A stretch of DNA of 63,602 nucleotides, the filler included, from Octopus bimaculoides (Eukaryota), in NCBI RefSeq assembly GCF_001194135.2. It is 6 parts of 5 records of this genome, joined end to end, with 100 filler letters (N's around TTAATTAATTAA, not from the genome) between each part and the next. Parts side by side here need not be neighbours in the genome. Positions count along the whole stretch, not along the records: positions 1 to 12,861 come from NC_068995.1; 5 more parts are not named here. The stretch is one strand, 5' to 3'. The position numbers and the translations under genes were made by a program. Under the pieces are notes generated by a model. The model saw only the letters and a list, made by a program, of their open reading frames with translations. It was not told the DNA's origin and did not search any database. Positions 1 to 12,561 of this stretch are shown piece after piece. How positions within the stretch are numbered: position 1 is the stretch's first letter; the number at the start of each line of letters is the position of its first letter.

Positions 1-825
1 ATATATATATATATATATATATATACATTCATACACACACACACACACGCACTTATATTAAAGAACCTCATTTAATTACACTCCACTCGTTTCATCCCTC
101 TAGGGCGACAACTTGCAGTTTTCCTATTACACTGTAATTATGGTCGACCAACCAAGAATTATTTGTTATTTCTTCTTGTTGGCGCTGTTTATCATTCTTC
201 AATTTTTATTTTATTGTTATTGTCGTTGCTGTTGATTATTGTTTATTTATTATTATTATTATTGTAATGTTTTCTCGAGAATTGTTTCATTGATTATTTT
301 TAATTTTTTTGTCTGGGACTTGTAAATTTTTTTTTGACTATTTCTGTTATATTTTTAACCAGTATATTTATCCTCGATCCTATCATTGTAGTAGTAAGTG
401 TTGTTATCGAAGTTATATTGTTGTTGCTCTCGCTGCTGTTCATGTTTTCAATATTCTTATTGTTCCTCTTCGTCATTTTATTCGCAGTTCTTATTGTTTG
501 CAAATATCGTTGTTTTCATTGTTTAGTTGTTATTCCGATATTTGTTCCTGCATTCTTGTTTTGTTACCGTTGTTTCAGAGTCTACTGATGGTGCTTTTCT
601 TATCGAGGCTGTTGTCATCATGATATCATTCTTAGATGTTTCCCTTTGATTTGATGTTCTTTCTTTTCTTTGCTATGTTACAGGTGATTAATAGTATAAT
701 TTTAAATATTTGCTTTATATATATATATATGTATATATNNNNNNNNNNATGTTCTTTCTTTTCTTTGCTATGTTACAGGTGATTAATAGTATAATTTTAA
801 ATATTTGCTTTATATATATATATAT

Positions 826-995
826 AAACGCTTAGTTTTAGAATGGTGGCAGCTGATGAAGGAAATGTTCTCTATGTGGTCTGTTTATGTTCTGTTTCTC
901 ATTTTGTCCACGTTCTTTTGTAACGTCCTGTACCCAGATATGCATCTATATATACATGTAGATGTAGGTATGTACATACATGTACGTATATATGT
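826..995 (+). repeat. Dispersed repeat, second copy at ~53677-53900 (possible Penelope-LTR-like unit)
   Basis: Both loci share AAACGC(T/C)TAGTTT(T)AGAAT..GGCAGCT(G/C)ATGAAGGAAA and GTCCTG(T/A)ACCC(A/G)GATATGCATCTATATATACATGTAGATGTAGGTATGTACATA. Confidence 0.65.
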
Positions 996-1095
996 ATATA
1001 CTCACATATTATTGGCCACCACCATCACTCATTGATCGGAATGTAATTTCGTACCCGGTTCTTCCAGATACAGCCGAAGGGATTGAAGCAACGTG

Positions 1096-1180
1096 ATCGA
1101 GTCTATTTAGCTGTAACCTGTACCACCTGGAGTGTCGATGCAACCTTTTTCATTCTCTTTCCTTTCCTTTCTTTCTTTCT
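1096..1180 (+). repeat. 3' fragment of the SINE-like repeat at 3360-3545
   Basis: GATCGAGTCTATTTA(G/C)CTGTAACCTGTA(C/G)CACCTGG...GATGC(A/T)ACCTTTTTCATTCTCTTTCCTTT is shared with 3471-3545. Confidence 0.6.
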
Positions 1181-1304
1181 TCTTTCTCTCTCTTGTAAAG
1201 ACGCTTCTAAAGAAGAAGAAGACAAAACGAAAAACACAAGGGAGATGACCAATGCTAGAATGATTCGAAGTCAAGAAGACGTAAACCAGATGATAATAGT
1301 TTAC

Positions 1305-1750
1305 TCAGCGTCCGTTGGTTAATTTTAAATTCCGACAAGATATATTTCTTGAAATGCTGACATACATCTTGTTCATTGAATTTATGTATTCTTTGGATGT
1401 TCTCAAGCTTTCTAATAGATACAGTTTTTCAAGAGAACACACTGAACATATTTTGAACCCGCTAATACAGGGTCTGGATTTCGTGAGGATTTCCCATTTC
1501 ATGTCAATTTGGCCCCTTCGTTTTTAGTTTTCCAGATCAAAACCGAAGGCTTTGTTGAATATCATTTATTACCTAAAATTCGAAAAATGGTTGTTGTCAA
1601 TTTGGCCCCTTCGTTTTTAGTTTTCCAGATCAAAACCGAAGACTTTGTTGAATATCTTTTATTACCTAAAATTCGAAAAATGGTTGTTATAGAGAGATTT
1701 AAATTTTCCGTTCACGGTTCCGATATAAAGCTTGGTATCTGTACGACCAT
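1305..1750 (-). mobile_element. Penelope-like element, decayed GIY-YIG endonuclease C-terminus
   Basis: Minus-strand translation with frameshifts: KLYIGTVNGKFKSLYNNHFSNF...LIWKTK...KWEILTKSRPCISGFKICSVCSLEKLYLL...CR. This matches the PLE pattern YIGxTxxxFKxRYxNH...WxLK...KWxIL...PY...CxLCLxEK. Confidence 0.75.
1502..1687. repeat. Two-copy 93-bp tandem duplication inside the Penelope fragment
   Basis: 1502-1594 and 1595-1687 are near-identical (TGTCAATTTGGCCCC...AAAATGGTTGT). Confidence 0.95.
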
Positions 1751-1754
1751 TGTC

Positions 1755-1882
1755 ATACAAATTCACTCGCAAAGTTTTGGTCGACCCGAGACTACAGTAG
1801 ACAATACTTGCTCAGGGGGAACGAACTTGGAACCATGTAGCTGGGAAGCAAGCGTCTTACCACAAAGCCCCGCCTACGCCTG
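1755..1882 (-). mobile_element. tRNA-derived SINE family B, 5' part
   Basis: Similar to the head of the copies at 29372 and 47541 (forward TTTGGTCG.CCCGAG.CTA.AGTAGA...GAACCATGT.G.TGG.AAGCAAG...CCTG). Confidence 0.75.
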
Positions 1883-2322
1883 TTTATGAAATATAAAGGA
1901 GGGCAATCAGAGGGAAAGGTATAAAGAAAAAGGAAGAAAAACAGAGAAGAAAAATGAAAGAGAGAAAGAAGGATTGAACGAAAGAAAAAAATGAAAAGAG
2001 AAAGAAAAAAATAGATAGAATGACAAAAATGGCTGACCTTAACAGCGTAGCTCAGCCCTACCAGCAAACCAGATCCAGTCGTAGAAGATCAGTTAACACA
2101 ACTTAACTAAAGAATACTGAAAGAAAAACACCGATGTTTTCTGGGTAAACTTAGGAGCAGGATTTTCGTTGTAATGAAAACATTTATTGGTGTAGTGGTG
2201 GTGGTGGTGGTGGTGGTGAGAGAAGTGAGGGTAAGAGGTGATAGCGGGGTATGGTCAGATAAAGAGGGCAAAGAAGAAAAAACAAGAGTTATTCCAGGTG
2301 GCGTTGCCTGTTGTCATTCAGA

Positions 2323-2594
<272 letters not shown>

Positions 2595-2599
2595 GTATC

Positions 2600-2789
2600 A
2601 AATTTTTCCACAATTTTAGGGGAGAGGTGAGTTGATTACATTGATTCCATACTTCAACTGGTACTTATTTTATCGACCCCGAAAAGGATGAAAGGCAAAG
2701 TCGATCTCGGTGGAATTCGAACTGAGAACGGACGAAAGACTACTAAGCATTTCGCCCAGCATGCAAAACGATCCTGTCAGCTCGCCGCT

Positions 2790-2791
<2 letters not shown>
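2600..2791 (-). mobile_element. tRNA-derived SINE family A (sense head AAGCGGCGAGCTG.CAG.ATCGTT..)
   Basis: A/B-box-like head plus a central TTTCATCCTTT.CGGGGTCGATAAAATAAGTACCAGT motif; homologous copies at 10280-11010 and 36085-36305. Confidence 0.85.
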
Positions 2792-2840
<49 letters not shown>

Positions 2841-3359
2841 GTATGGTGTGCGATGGAGAGGACGGTGCTGCATGTTATATGGTGATGTGGTGAACTACCG
2901 GCTTTCGGTGTATTTAGAAGTTATTGGCCTGAGAACGCCGACGATATCAAACGGATAAAGAAATTGTTAAAACCTGGTACACATTGCATACGATGTAACT
3001 ATGAGAACGTTTCTCTAAATACATGTGTATGCATGTACGTATATATCTTAATAGACAAAAATACACGTACATATGTATTCGTACACATATAATGACAAGC
3101 TCATATATATATATTATACGTACACAAATGCTCTCAGCACACACGCACACACACACACATAGAAGCATAGATTTTTATTGCTATTTTACATTTCACCCGG
3201 GTGGTTTCACCCGAGTAATACACACCAGACTTTAACAATTTGTTCACAGTGTGAGATCGTCAACGTAAGCTGGTACTACTTAACTCTATAGCGGCATGTC
3301 AGGCCCATATGGACATCCACTGCTTTATTTCAAGTACTCCTATCCCCTTAAATGTATAA

Positions 3360-3545
3360 GCGACTGGCTAAGAGGCTACAGTGCTAGGCCAACCATAATA
3401 AAATTGTAGGTTCAATTTCTAAATCGGGTAGCGTGTTGTGTCCTTGCGCAAGGTATTCCCTTTCACGTTGATCGAGTCTATTTACCTGTAACCTGTAGCA
3501 CCTGGTTGCCGATGCTACCTTTTTCATTCTCTTTCCTTTTCTTTC
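3360..3545 (+). mobile_element. Diverged tRNA-headed SINE
   Basis: GGCTAAGAG..., B-box-like GGTTCAATTTC, then the GTGTTGTGTCCTTG.GCAAGG motif typical of metazoan SINE bodies. Confidence 0.55.
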
Positions 3546-3552
3546 CTTCTCT

Positions 3553-3601
<49 letters not shown>

Positions 3602-5540
3602 CTCCTGGAGCTTCCTAGAAAATATTCCCTGACCAAGAATATAAACCTAGCGTTATATAATGCGTCTCTGCCTAACTGCCATAATTATGCTGGGATTATG
3701 TGAGAAAAATTGAGATTGACTATAAATTAAAGCTGCTCTGGTTTAAAACAACGATAAAAACTTCAAGTACCTTATGTTATCGAACAAGGTAGCTAAAAGG
3801 GAACGATGAACCCAAGCAGATTTCTAATTTTGATGTGAAGGGACATTTTCAAATACCACAGAGTTGTTTTTGTCCGACGCCTCAGTGATTCTACTATCTA
3901 ACCACCTCTCGGCCATTTGCGAGCAGAAAACTTCGTCATGCCAAGTTCATTGTGCAGAATATTCTGAACTCACTCATGGGATGTGCAAACAGCATTTACC
4001 AGGGTTAATCCATACTTTTGAAAAACTCAAATTTTCTAATAAAAATAGTATTAACAGCTACTTGGAAGTTTTGATGATGGTTTAGCTGAGCGAAACGTTG
4101 AACTCATTGTCAATAATATTCTTGTTAAAGGATTACATACATACATACATNNNNNNNNNNNNNNNNNNNNNNNNNNNNNNNNNNNNNNNNNNNNNNNNNN
4201 NNNNNNNNNNNNNNNNNNNNNNNNNNNNNNNNNNNNNNNNNNNNNNNNNNNNNNNNNNNNNNNNNNNNNNNNNNNNNNNNNNNNNNNNNNNNNNNNNNNN
4301 NNNNNNNNNNNNNNNNNNNNNNNNNNNNNNNNNNNNNNNNNNNNNNNNNNNNNNNNNNNNNNNNNNNNNNNNNNNNNNNNNNNNNNNNNNNNNNNNNNNN
4401 NNNNNNNNNNNNNNNNNNNNNNNNNNNNNNNNNNNNNNNNNNNNNNNNNNNNNNNNNNNNNNNNNNNNNNNNNNNNNNNNNNNNNNNNNNNNNNNNNNNN
4501 NNNNNNNNNNNNNNNNNNNNNNNNNNNNNNNNNNNNNNNNNNNNNNNNNNNNNNNNNNNNNNNNNNNNNNNNNNNNNNNNNNNNNNNNNNNNNNNNNNNN
4601 NNNNNNNNNNNNNNNNNNNNNNNNNNNNNNNNNNNNNNNNNNNNNNNNNNNNNNNNNNNNNNNNNNNNNNNNNNNNNNNNNNNNNNNNNNNNNNNNNNNN
4701 NNNNNNNNNNNNNNNNNNNNNNNNNNNNNNNNNNNNNNNNNNNNNNNNNNNNNNNNNNNNNNNNNNNNNNNNNNNNNNNNNNNNNNNNNNNNNNNNNNNN
4801 NNNNNNNNNNNNNNNNNNNNNNNNNNNNNNNNNNNNNNNNNNNNNNNNNNNNNNNNNNNNNNNNNNNNNNNNNNNNNNNNNNNNNNNNNNNNNNNNNNNN
4901 NNNNNNNNNNNNNNNNNNNNNNNNNNNNNNNNNNNNNNNNNNNNNNNNNNNNNNNNNNNNNNNNNNNNNNNNNNNNNNNNNNNNNNNNNNNNNNNNNNNN
5001 NNNNNNNNNNNNNNNNNNNNNNNNNNNNNCTTGTTCCTCACCACCAACACAACTACCGCCGCCGCCGCCACCACCAAAATCACCACCAGCACCACAACCA
5101 CCACTACCACCACCATCAGCATCATCATTTAATTGTTGCTCTTCTTTTTCTTCATCTTTATGCCTCTGCCCCCTGCTTTTCCCTGTCCTCACACTCATCT
5201 GAACCCATCTCATGAAATATAATAGGGACTTATAAAACTGTTAACTACATACAACCCTCATCGATTCGCCATTTTTCCCCCCGCATCTTTTGCTTTCCTT
5301 TATCTTCCCCTCGCCACCACCACCACCACCACCACTCCATTCCCTCTTTTCACCTTCACCGTTTTTTTTTGCCACACTCTTAGACGAACGCTGGGTGTAT
5401 GTTTATACGTATGTATATCTTGTTATATTTCGGGATGGTCATTTTCTTGATGCCAAATAAACACACGCACTGTATATTCGTTCTTCACTCGTTATAATTG
5501 TTACTTTATCTTATAGAGTCTTGCAAAGCAAATTCATAAA

Positions 5541-5601
5541 TGTAGTGGTTAAGACCGCGGGCTACTAACCCCAAGATTCCGAGTTCGATTTCAGGCAGAG
5601 A

Positions 5602-5675
<74 letters not shown>

Positions 5676-5850
5676 TCGAAAAATACCTTATGAATGAGAA
5701 CCCAGGTTCGAAATTTCCCCAAGACACCTGATGAAGGCTGGAGGGTATATCAGCCGAAACGTTGTGTTAACAACAAACAAGATGAGGACAGATATCCGCT
5801 AAATATAAATAACGTAGATAATTCCTCATTTTTTAAATACAGAACTGAAA
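5541..5850 (+). mobile_element. SINE-like unit: tRNA-Ser-like head + (AAT)n + hammerhead-containing body
   Basis: A-box-like GTAGTGGTTAAG (5542), anticodon-arm GGG-CTACTAA-CCC, B-box GAGTTCGATT (5581), (AAT)n 5606-5673, hammerhead at 5723-5768. Confidence 0.7.
5723..5768 (+). ncRNA. Minimal type-I hammerhead ribozyme (Penelope-type, palindromic stem III)
   Basis: Stem I GACAC/GTGTT; core CTGATGA(+A); stem II GGCTG/CAGCC; GAAA; stem III ACGT palindrome; predicted GUU cleavage after 5763. Confidence 0.8.
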
Positions 5851-6041
5851 CAATAACATATTTAAATCATTATTCCGGAGCATATTCACCATCTACTTCA
5901 ATTACTGCTTCCCATTTGCCTGGCAGACGGTCAGACCCTCATTTAATGATGTTTTTGTTAAATATCTTTATTGTTTTTGTTGAATAAAATTTGTTGAAAA
6001 AACCCCGCAATAATTATGTACCAACCCAATATATAGATTGG

Positions 6042-6085
<44 letters not shown>

Positions 6086-6769
6086 CAGGTATATAGATAG
6101 ATGATAGACAAATACATGCATACAAGCAAACATACATACAATCATGCTTATATGCACACATATATATACATACAAGCATAGATTAGATGTATGTTCTTAT
6201 ATATAACAACCCAAAGGCTCACTTATACACGCAGTTATGTATACATATTAAGCTAGCTCCGATCCACTTCATGTGTGTGTTTCGCATTCATGACTGTACA
6301 GATACGCATGCGAAACCACACACAGGCACACACATAAACACACTGAAACTCACACAAACATACAGATACATACAGATACATACACACACACACGTTAGGC
6401 ATATACAAATAGTACATACGCGCACAAACACACACGAACAATATCTATCAGTTAACCCCCCTGATATCGAATGTCAATACATCTCTCCAAACACCAGCTG
6501 GGAAGGAACACAGCATTATTATTGCTAGTCTCCTTACCATTCCATACATGACATTCACCTTCCAACCTATATCCTATCTCTGTACCTTTTTGTCTCTGTA
6601 CGTCTATCTCCCTTTCTCTTTCTTTATGTCTGTCTGTCTCTCTCTCTCTCTCTATCTCCTTTTCTCTCTCTATCTCCTTTTCTCTCTTTCTTTCTCTTTC
6701 AAAGGCTCGTACATATATATATACATATCAAAGAATAATCTTAAACTTCTTGTTGTGATTGCCACTCCC

Positions 6770-6851
6770 AGCAGGACCAACACATCTTTCATCATCATCA
6801 GCACCATCACCATCACCATCACCATCACCATCATCATCATCATCATCATCG

Positions 6852-6886
<35 letters not shown>

Positions 6887-6960
6887 GTCATCATCATCAT
6901 AATCATCACNNNNNNNNNNATCATCGTCATCATCATCATAATCATCACCATCACCATCAC

Positions 6961-7027
<67 letters not shown>

Positions 7028-7205
7028 ATCGTCATCGTTTTCATCGTCGTCGTCATCCTCAACAACGTTGACGTCGTCGTTGTCGACATCACCATCATCG
7101 TCATCATCATCATCCTCATCATCATCACTGTTGTCATCATCGTCATCATCGTCATCATCATCATCATCGTCGTCGTCGTCGTCGTCATCGTCATGATCAC
7201 CTTCG
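6770..7205. repeat. (CAT)n/(CGT)n degenerate trinucleotide array
   Basis: Directly visible; it explains the poly-D/M/I ORFs. Confidence 0.97.
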
Positions 7206-7287
7206 TCTTCAGAGTCGTCATCCTCCTCCTCCATCTCAAACTTCTTACACCTTGATCCTTGGATCTTACCTTTGCAGACACACACAT

Positions 7288-7398
7288 ATTTGATGGGCTT
7301 CTGACGTAAACGACACTTGCCCAAAGTGCCACGCAATGGGACTGAACTCGGAATCATGTGGTTGGGAAGCTAACATCTTACGAGTCAGCTACGCTCAC
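7288..7398 (-). mobile_element. SINE family B head, internally deleted
   Basis: GACACTTGCCCAAAGTGCCACGCAATGGGACTGAACTCGGAATCATGTGGTTGGGAAGC matches the other family B copies. Confidence 0.8.
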
Positions 7399-8499
7399 AG
7401 TTATTACCTCAAAACTATTACTAGAAAATTGTACAACTACATGTCTACAACGAATAGTTGTAGAAATGCAGATTGTTCAATATGGGATAAGCGGTAATAG
7501 TTATACTTAGAGCTACGTTCTTAAATATTTCCAATAAGCATACAGGATTAACAAGGTATTCAACCAGTCTGGTTCGTTTAAAGATAATCATTCATATATA
7601 ATTAATGAAAATCATATAATGTATTTTCTGGCATAGCAATCAACGTAGTATATTGAGCAAACATGCAGCGTAAGCATTCGAATATTGTCACCATCTTTCA
7701 ACATATTTGGTTTTTCAAAGTCGAGGTCATATTTAATTTAATATGCATTTTTGGGTCTGTAAGTTTGGACTGAAAAATTTAAGATCTACTATATATAAAA
7801 CACGATGAGCAAGTAATAAAATTAACGACAACAGATACAATAAATGAAAAACAATAAAGGAGCTAAGAAGCACAAATAGGTATTTTAAAAAGTGGAATAT
7901 AGACGTCATATTGATTAGGTAAATATTGGAGGGTGTATTCCATATTTCTGCATATCAGCTGCCCTAAAAATAGGCATGTAAACGGAAGTTTATGCACATA
8001 TATGTGTCTATATATATACATATATATGTACATATATATGCATACATACATACATACATACATATATACGTACGGGTGTAAATATATATACATACATACG
8101 TATGCGTGTATTGTAATTTACAAACAAGAGACCAGAGTGAGTACAAAATATACGTAGTAGACGTTATTCATATAGCCGAAGCAGAGGCTTCCTTCCCTCC
8201 GTCTCTACACTGAGTTTCCGGTTTCCGTTTTCACATTTGCTCAGAAAAACGGAAGCAGCGAAACGCGATCGAACGACGGATGAATCCTTAGCTTCACAAA
8301 AATCTTTGTATTTTCCTTGTGTGTGTGTGTGTGTGTGTGTGTATGTATACACACACACACACACACACATACATATATATATATACATATGCATGTACAT
8401 ATAGGCATGTTCATGTAACTACGGTGCTGTTAGGTATAAGTTTTAATCTAATGTATATATATGAATATATAACTAAGTTGTTTGCTGTGTATTCATATA

Positions 8500-8535
<36 letters not shown>

Positions 8536-9477
8536 NNNNNNNNNNNNNNNNNNNNNNNNNNNNNNNNNNNNNNNNNNNNNNNNNNNNNNNNNNNNNNNNN
8601 NNNNNNNNNNNNNNNNNNNNNNNNNNNNNNNNNNNNNNNNNNNNNNNNNNNNNNNNNNNNNNNNNNNNNNNNNNNNNNNNNNNNNNNNNNNNNNNNNNNN
8701 NNNNNNNNNNNNNNNNNNNNNNNNNNNNNNNNNNNNNNNNNNNNNNNNNNNNNNNNNNNNNNNNNNNNNNNNNNNNNNNNNNNNNNNNNNNNNNNNNNNN
8801 NNNNNNNNNNNNNNNNNNNNNNNNNNNNNNNNNNNNNNNNNNNNNNNNNNNNNNNNNNNNNNNNNNNNNNNNNNNNNNNNNNNNNNNNNNNNNNNNNNNN
8901 NNNNNNNNNNNNNNNNNNNNNNNNNNNNNNNNNNNNNNNNNNNNNNNNNNNNNNNNNNNNNNNNNNNNNNNNNNNNNNNNNNNNNNNNNNNNNNNNNNNN
9001 NNNNNNNNNNNNNNNNNNNNNNNNNNNNNNNNNNNNNNNNNNNNNNNNNNNNNNNNNNNNNNNNNNNNNNNNNNNNNNNNNNNNNNNNNNNNNNNNNNNN
9101 NNNNNNNNNNNNNNNNNNNNNNNNNNNNNNNNNNNNNNNNNNNNNNNNNNNNNNNNNNNNNNNNNNNNNNNNNNNNNNNNNNNNNNNNNNNNNNNNNNNN
9201 NNNNNNNNNNNNNNNNNNNNNNNNNNNNNNNNNNNNNNNNNNNNNNNNNNNNNNNNNNNNNNNNNNNNNACACACACACACACACACACACCTCATAAAC
9301 ACACACATATAAGTATATATATGTGTGTATGTGTGTGTGTTTGTGTTTGTGTGTCTGTGTATGTGTTTGTGTGTCTGTCTGTCTATCTTTTTTGTCTATC
9401 TCTGTGCATCTGTGTATGTATGCATATACGTATGGATGTGTAAGTTTGTACACGTACATGTACTATTAATATATTAT

Positions 9478-9494
9478 TATTATTGTTGTTGTAT

Positions 9495-9553
<59 letters not shown>

Positions 9554-9600
9554 CTAGTGGTAGTAGTAGTTGTTGTAGCAGTAGCAGTAGTATTAGTAGC
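9478..9600. repeat. (TAG)n microsatellite
   Basis: Directly visible. Confidence 0.97.
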
Positions 9601-10279
9601 TTGTAATAACAAAGAAACAAATAATAGATATTCAGCATGTTTATGTGATTTGTAAAATTTTTTAACTTCAATTAACGTTATAGAAAATTATGCATCGATA
9701 AATACACACATACAGACAGAGACACCGATTCGCATACACGTCTATAAATCGTTCTCTCTCTCACTTTGACTTTATTTGCGTAGCTAAATGTTCCTCCCTC
9801 TGTAAGTGTGCAAATTGAGTGTGCGTGTGTATGTATATATATATATATATATATAGACACACAAATCACAAATATATTTTTCCTCTTTATATAGCAAATA
9901 TTTGAAGGCTTTAGGGTACCAAACAATTTCAATAGTTAATTAAAGTGTCAATAATTTGTTTAAATATGCGTGTATTGATATAGATATATACATATATATA
10001 CATATATATACATATATATATACACGCACACACGCGCACTCACGCGCACAGACACATACATACACACATATATATATATACTCGCTAATGTTAGTTTTTA
10101 TATTCGCTTATGGTAAAGACAATTTTACATTAATCTGGTGGGTTTCTCTGTACTTTGGCAGAGCGTAAAAGAAGAAATTTGTTATTCTTAAGCGTCTTAT
10201 TAACAATGACATCGAAGCTAAATCACTGTCGTACTTCAAAGTTATTGTTTATAATATTATCATTTAATAATAGGGATAA

Positions 10280-10808
10280 TTCTTTCAACTAAAGCCACAA
10301 AGCCTGAAATTAAGGCGGATGGGAGCCAGTCGATTACATCGACCCCAGTGTTTTCATAATACTTAATTTATCGACATCGAAAGGATAAACGGCAAAACCG
10401 ACCTCAGCGTAATTTGACCTCACAATGCAGTCACGGGCGAAATACCACTAAGCATTTCGTACGGCGTACTAACGATTCTGCTAGCTCACCGCCTTAAATA
10501 ATGATAATGATAATAAAAAAAAACCTTTCTATTACAGGCACAAGATCTTACATTTGGGGGAGGTGACCAGTCGATTATATCGATCCTTCTGTTTCACTGG
10601 TACCTTATTTATCGACCCTGAAACGATGAAAAGCAAAGTCTACTTCGGTAATTTGAACTCAAAACATAGCAGCAGGGTACTTGTTTTATCGACCCCGAAA
10701 GGATGAAAGGTAAAGCCGAACTCGGCGAGAATTTGAACTCAAAACTTAGCGACGGTCGAAATGCAACTAAGCATTTCGTCCAGGGAGCTAACGATTCTGC
10801 TAGCCCAC

Positions 10809-10876
<68 letters not shown>

Positions 10877-10909
10877 NNNNNNNNNNAATAATAATAATAA
10901 TAATAAGAA

Positions 10910-10940
<31 letters not shown>

Positions 10941-11009
10941 AATGATTCTTTCTAATATAGGCACAAAGCTTGAAAATTGGGGGGAGGGGACCAGTAGATT
11001 ATATCGACC

Positions 11010-11010
<1 letters not shown>
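10280..11010 (-). mobile_element. Cluster of 3-4 co-oriented SINE family A copies/fragments separated by (AAT)n/(AAG)n
   Basis: Repeated TTTATCGAC(C/A)(C/T)(C/T)GAAA.GAT.AA..GCAAA...AAGCATTTCGT...AACGATTCTGCTAGC at ~10280-10496, ~10520-10660, ~10670-10812, plus a tail piece at ~10945-11010. Confidence 0.85.
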
Positions 11011-11152
<142 letters not shown>

Positions 11153-11175
11153 TGATCTACTTAGAAAGACGAATA

Positions 11176-11833
11176 CAGGCAGGTACAGAGAGAACGGACA
11201 TTTTTGAAAAATTCACTAAAATCATTAATTTTAGCTGCAAACAAACTTAATTGACATCAATGTGTCCGTATTGAAGTAGCATTTGTCAAAATCATGCGTG
11301 GTAAACAGAATCCATCATGTAGCGTCCGTTTTCATTGATGCTTTTCTGAAGGCGTTGTTGGAAGTTGGCTTCCACTCTCTCAAGCATTGCTCTGTGCATA
11401 GTAGGGTGGTTTCAACTGTATCCCAATGACCAATTTGTACGGGTGGAAATGCAGGTCTTCATCCAAAAATACGTCTTACCGATCGATTACCGATGCCAAG
11501 TTCAGTGGAATGCCTCACTAGTCTGCTATTCATTAGTGTACCTCGTGTACGAAGTGCATTCATCCAACGTAAAATTGTGATACGGGTGGGAACTGCCTGA
11601 TTTCGGTGAACGTTGAAGTGGTGCTGCAACTTACACTGAACTGCTGTGACAGACTCATTATTCTTCACGTAACTGTCGTAGGCAAACACGCGATGCTCTA
11701 TCGTTTATGCCTGAAAAGAAAAAAAAAATGCTAAGAGACCACGGGCCGAATGGTACCTGTCGGACATATGTCACTCCCACTGGGGCTGAGCGATAGCTAT
11801 TTCAATAACGCCCGTTCTCTTTGCCTCACCCTG
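11176..11833 (-). mobile_element. Internally deleted Tc1/mariner-superfamily DNA transposon (DUF4817-type N-terminal HTH)
   Basis: TA at both ends (11174-75, 11834-35). Imperfect TIRs CAGG..AG.GAGAACGG.C.TT.TTGAAA. Minus ORF MFAYDSYVKNNESVTAVQ...PTRITILRWMNALRTRGTLM followed by a LHFHPYK-like relic. Confidence 0.75.
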
Positions 11834-12289
11834 TATTTTGAAATGGATATTTTTGCTACGTCTTCGATGAATAACATTTTCGATCAATTTGTGTTTCAAT
11901 CAGTATGTTATTCTGACGCTATATCTTTCCAGCGCTTCATCATTCAATCCAGTCGCTGACATCGTGGAGGCTGACAATGGCTTTCGGCATTTCAGTGTTT
12001 CACAGAAAGAACTAGAAAAACTCGGTAAACATAATTAGACCTGGGTTAAAAAGTAAAGAGGCATGTAGAATATAGCATGCATTTAAAAGAAAACTTCGTA
12101 GTATACAGAGATGCAGAGATAGTAATACACACACACACACACACGTACACACACACACACTTACACACACATACATACACACACAAGCACACCCAAAAAT
12201 ACACACAGACACTCACACACATTTATATACGCAGAAATTATAGATGTGTGTGTATATATATATATATATACACATACATACATACATGC

Positions 12290-12304
12290 ATATCTATATC
12301 TATC

Positions 12305-12364
<60 letters not shown>

Positions 12365-12437
12365 CATCTATCTGTCTATCTATCTATGTATCTATGCATC
12401 TATCTATCCATCTATTTATCTATCTATCCATCCATCC

Positions 12438-12473
<36 letters not shown>

Positions 12474-12498
12474 GTCTATCTATTTGTCTGTCTGTCTA

Positions 12499-12560
<62 letters not shown>
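12290..12560. repeat. (TCTA)n + (TC)n compound microsatellite
   Basis: Directly visible. Confidence 0.97.

Positions 12561-12561
<1 letters not shown>

Noticed and set aside
654-830. ~75-bp direct repeat either side of a 10-N gap
   Set aside because: Typical unmerged contig overlap.
1281-1308. Minus-strand hammerhead relic (CTGA-GTAAAC/GTTTAC) just after the Penelope endonuclease
   Set aside because: Only stem II survives; the core and GAAA are absent.
5541-5605. tRNA gene (and similar heads at 62321, 47938, 13025-13068)
   Set aside because: No complete cloverleaf or acceptor stem and no terminator; these are SINE heads or PBS-derived sequence.
8255-8272. CGAAACGCG as a hammerhead 3' half
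   Set aside because: No matching core upstream; kept only as part of the promoter-like island.
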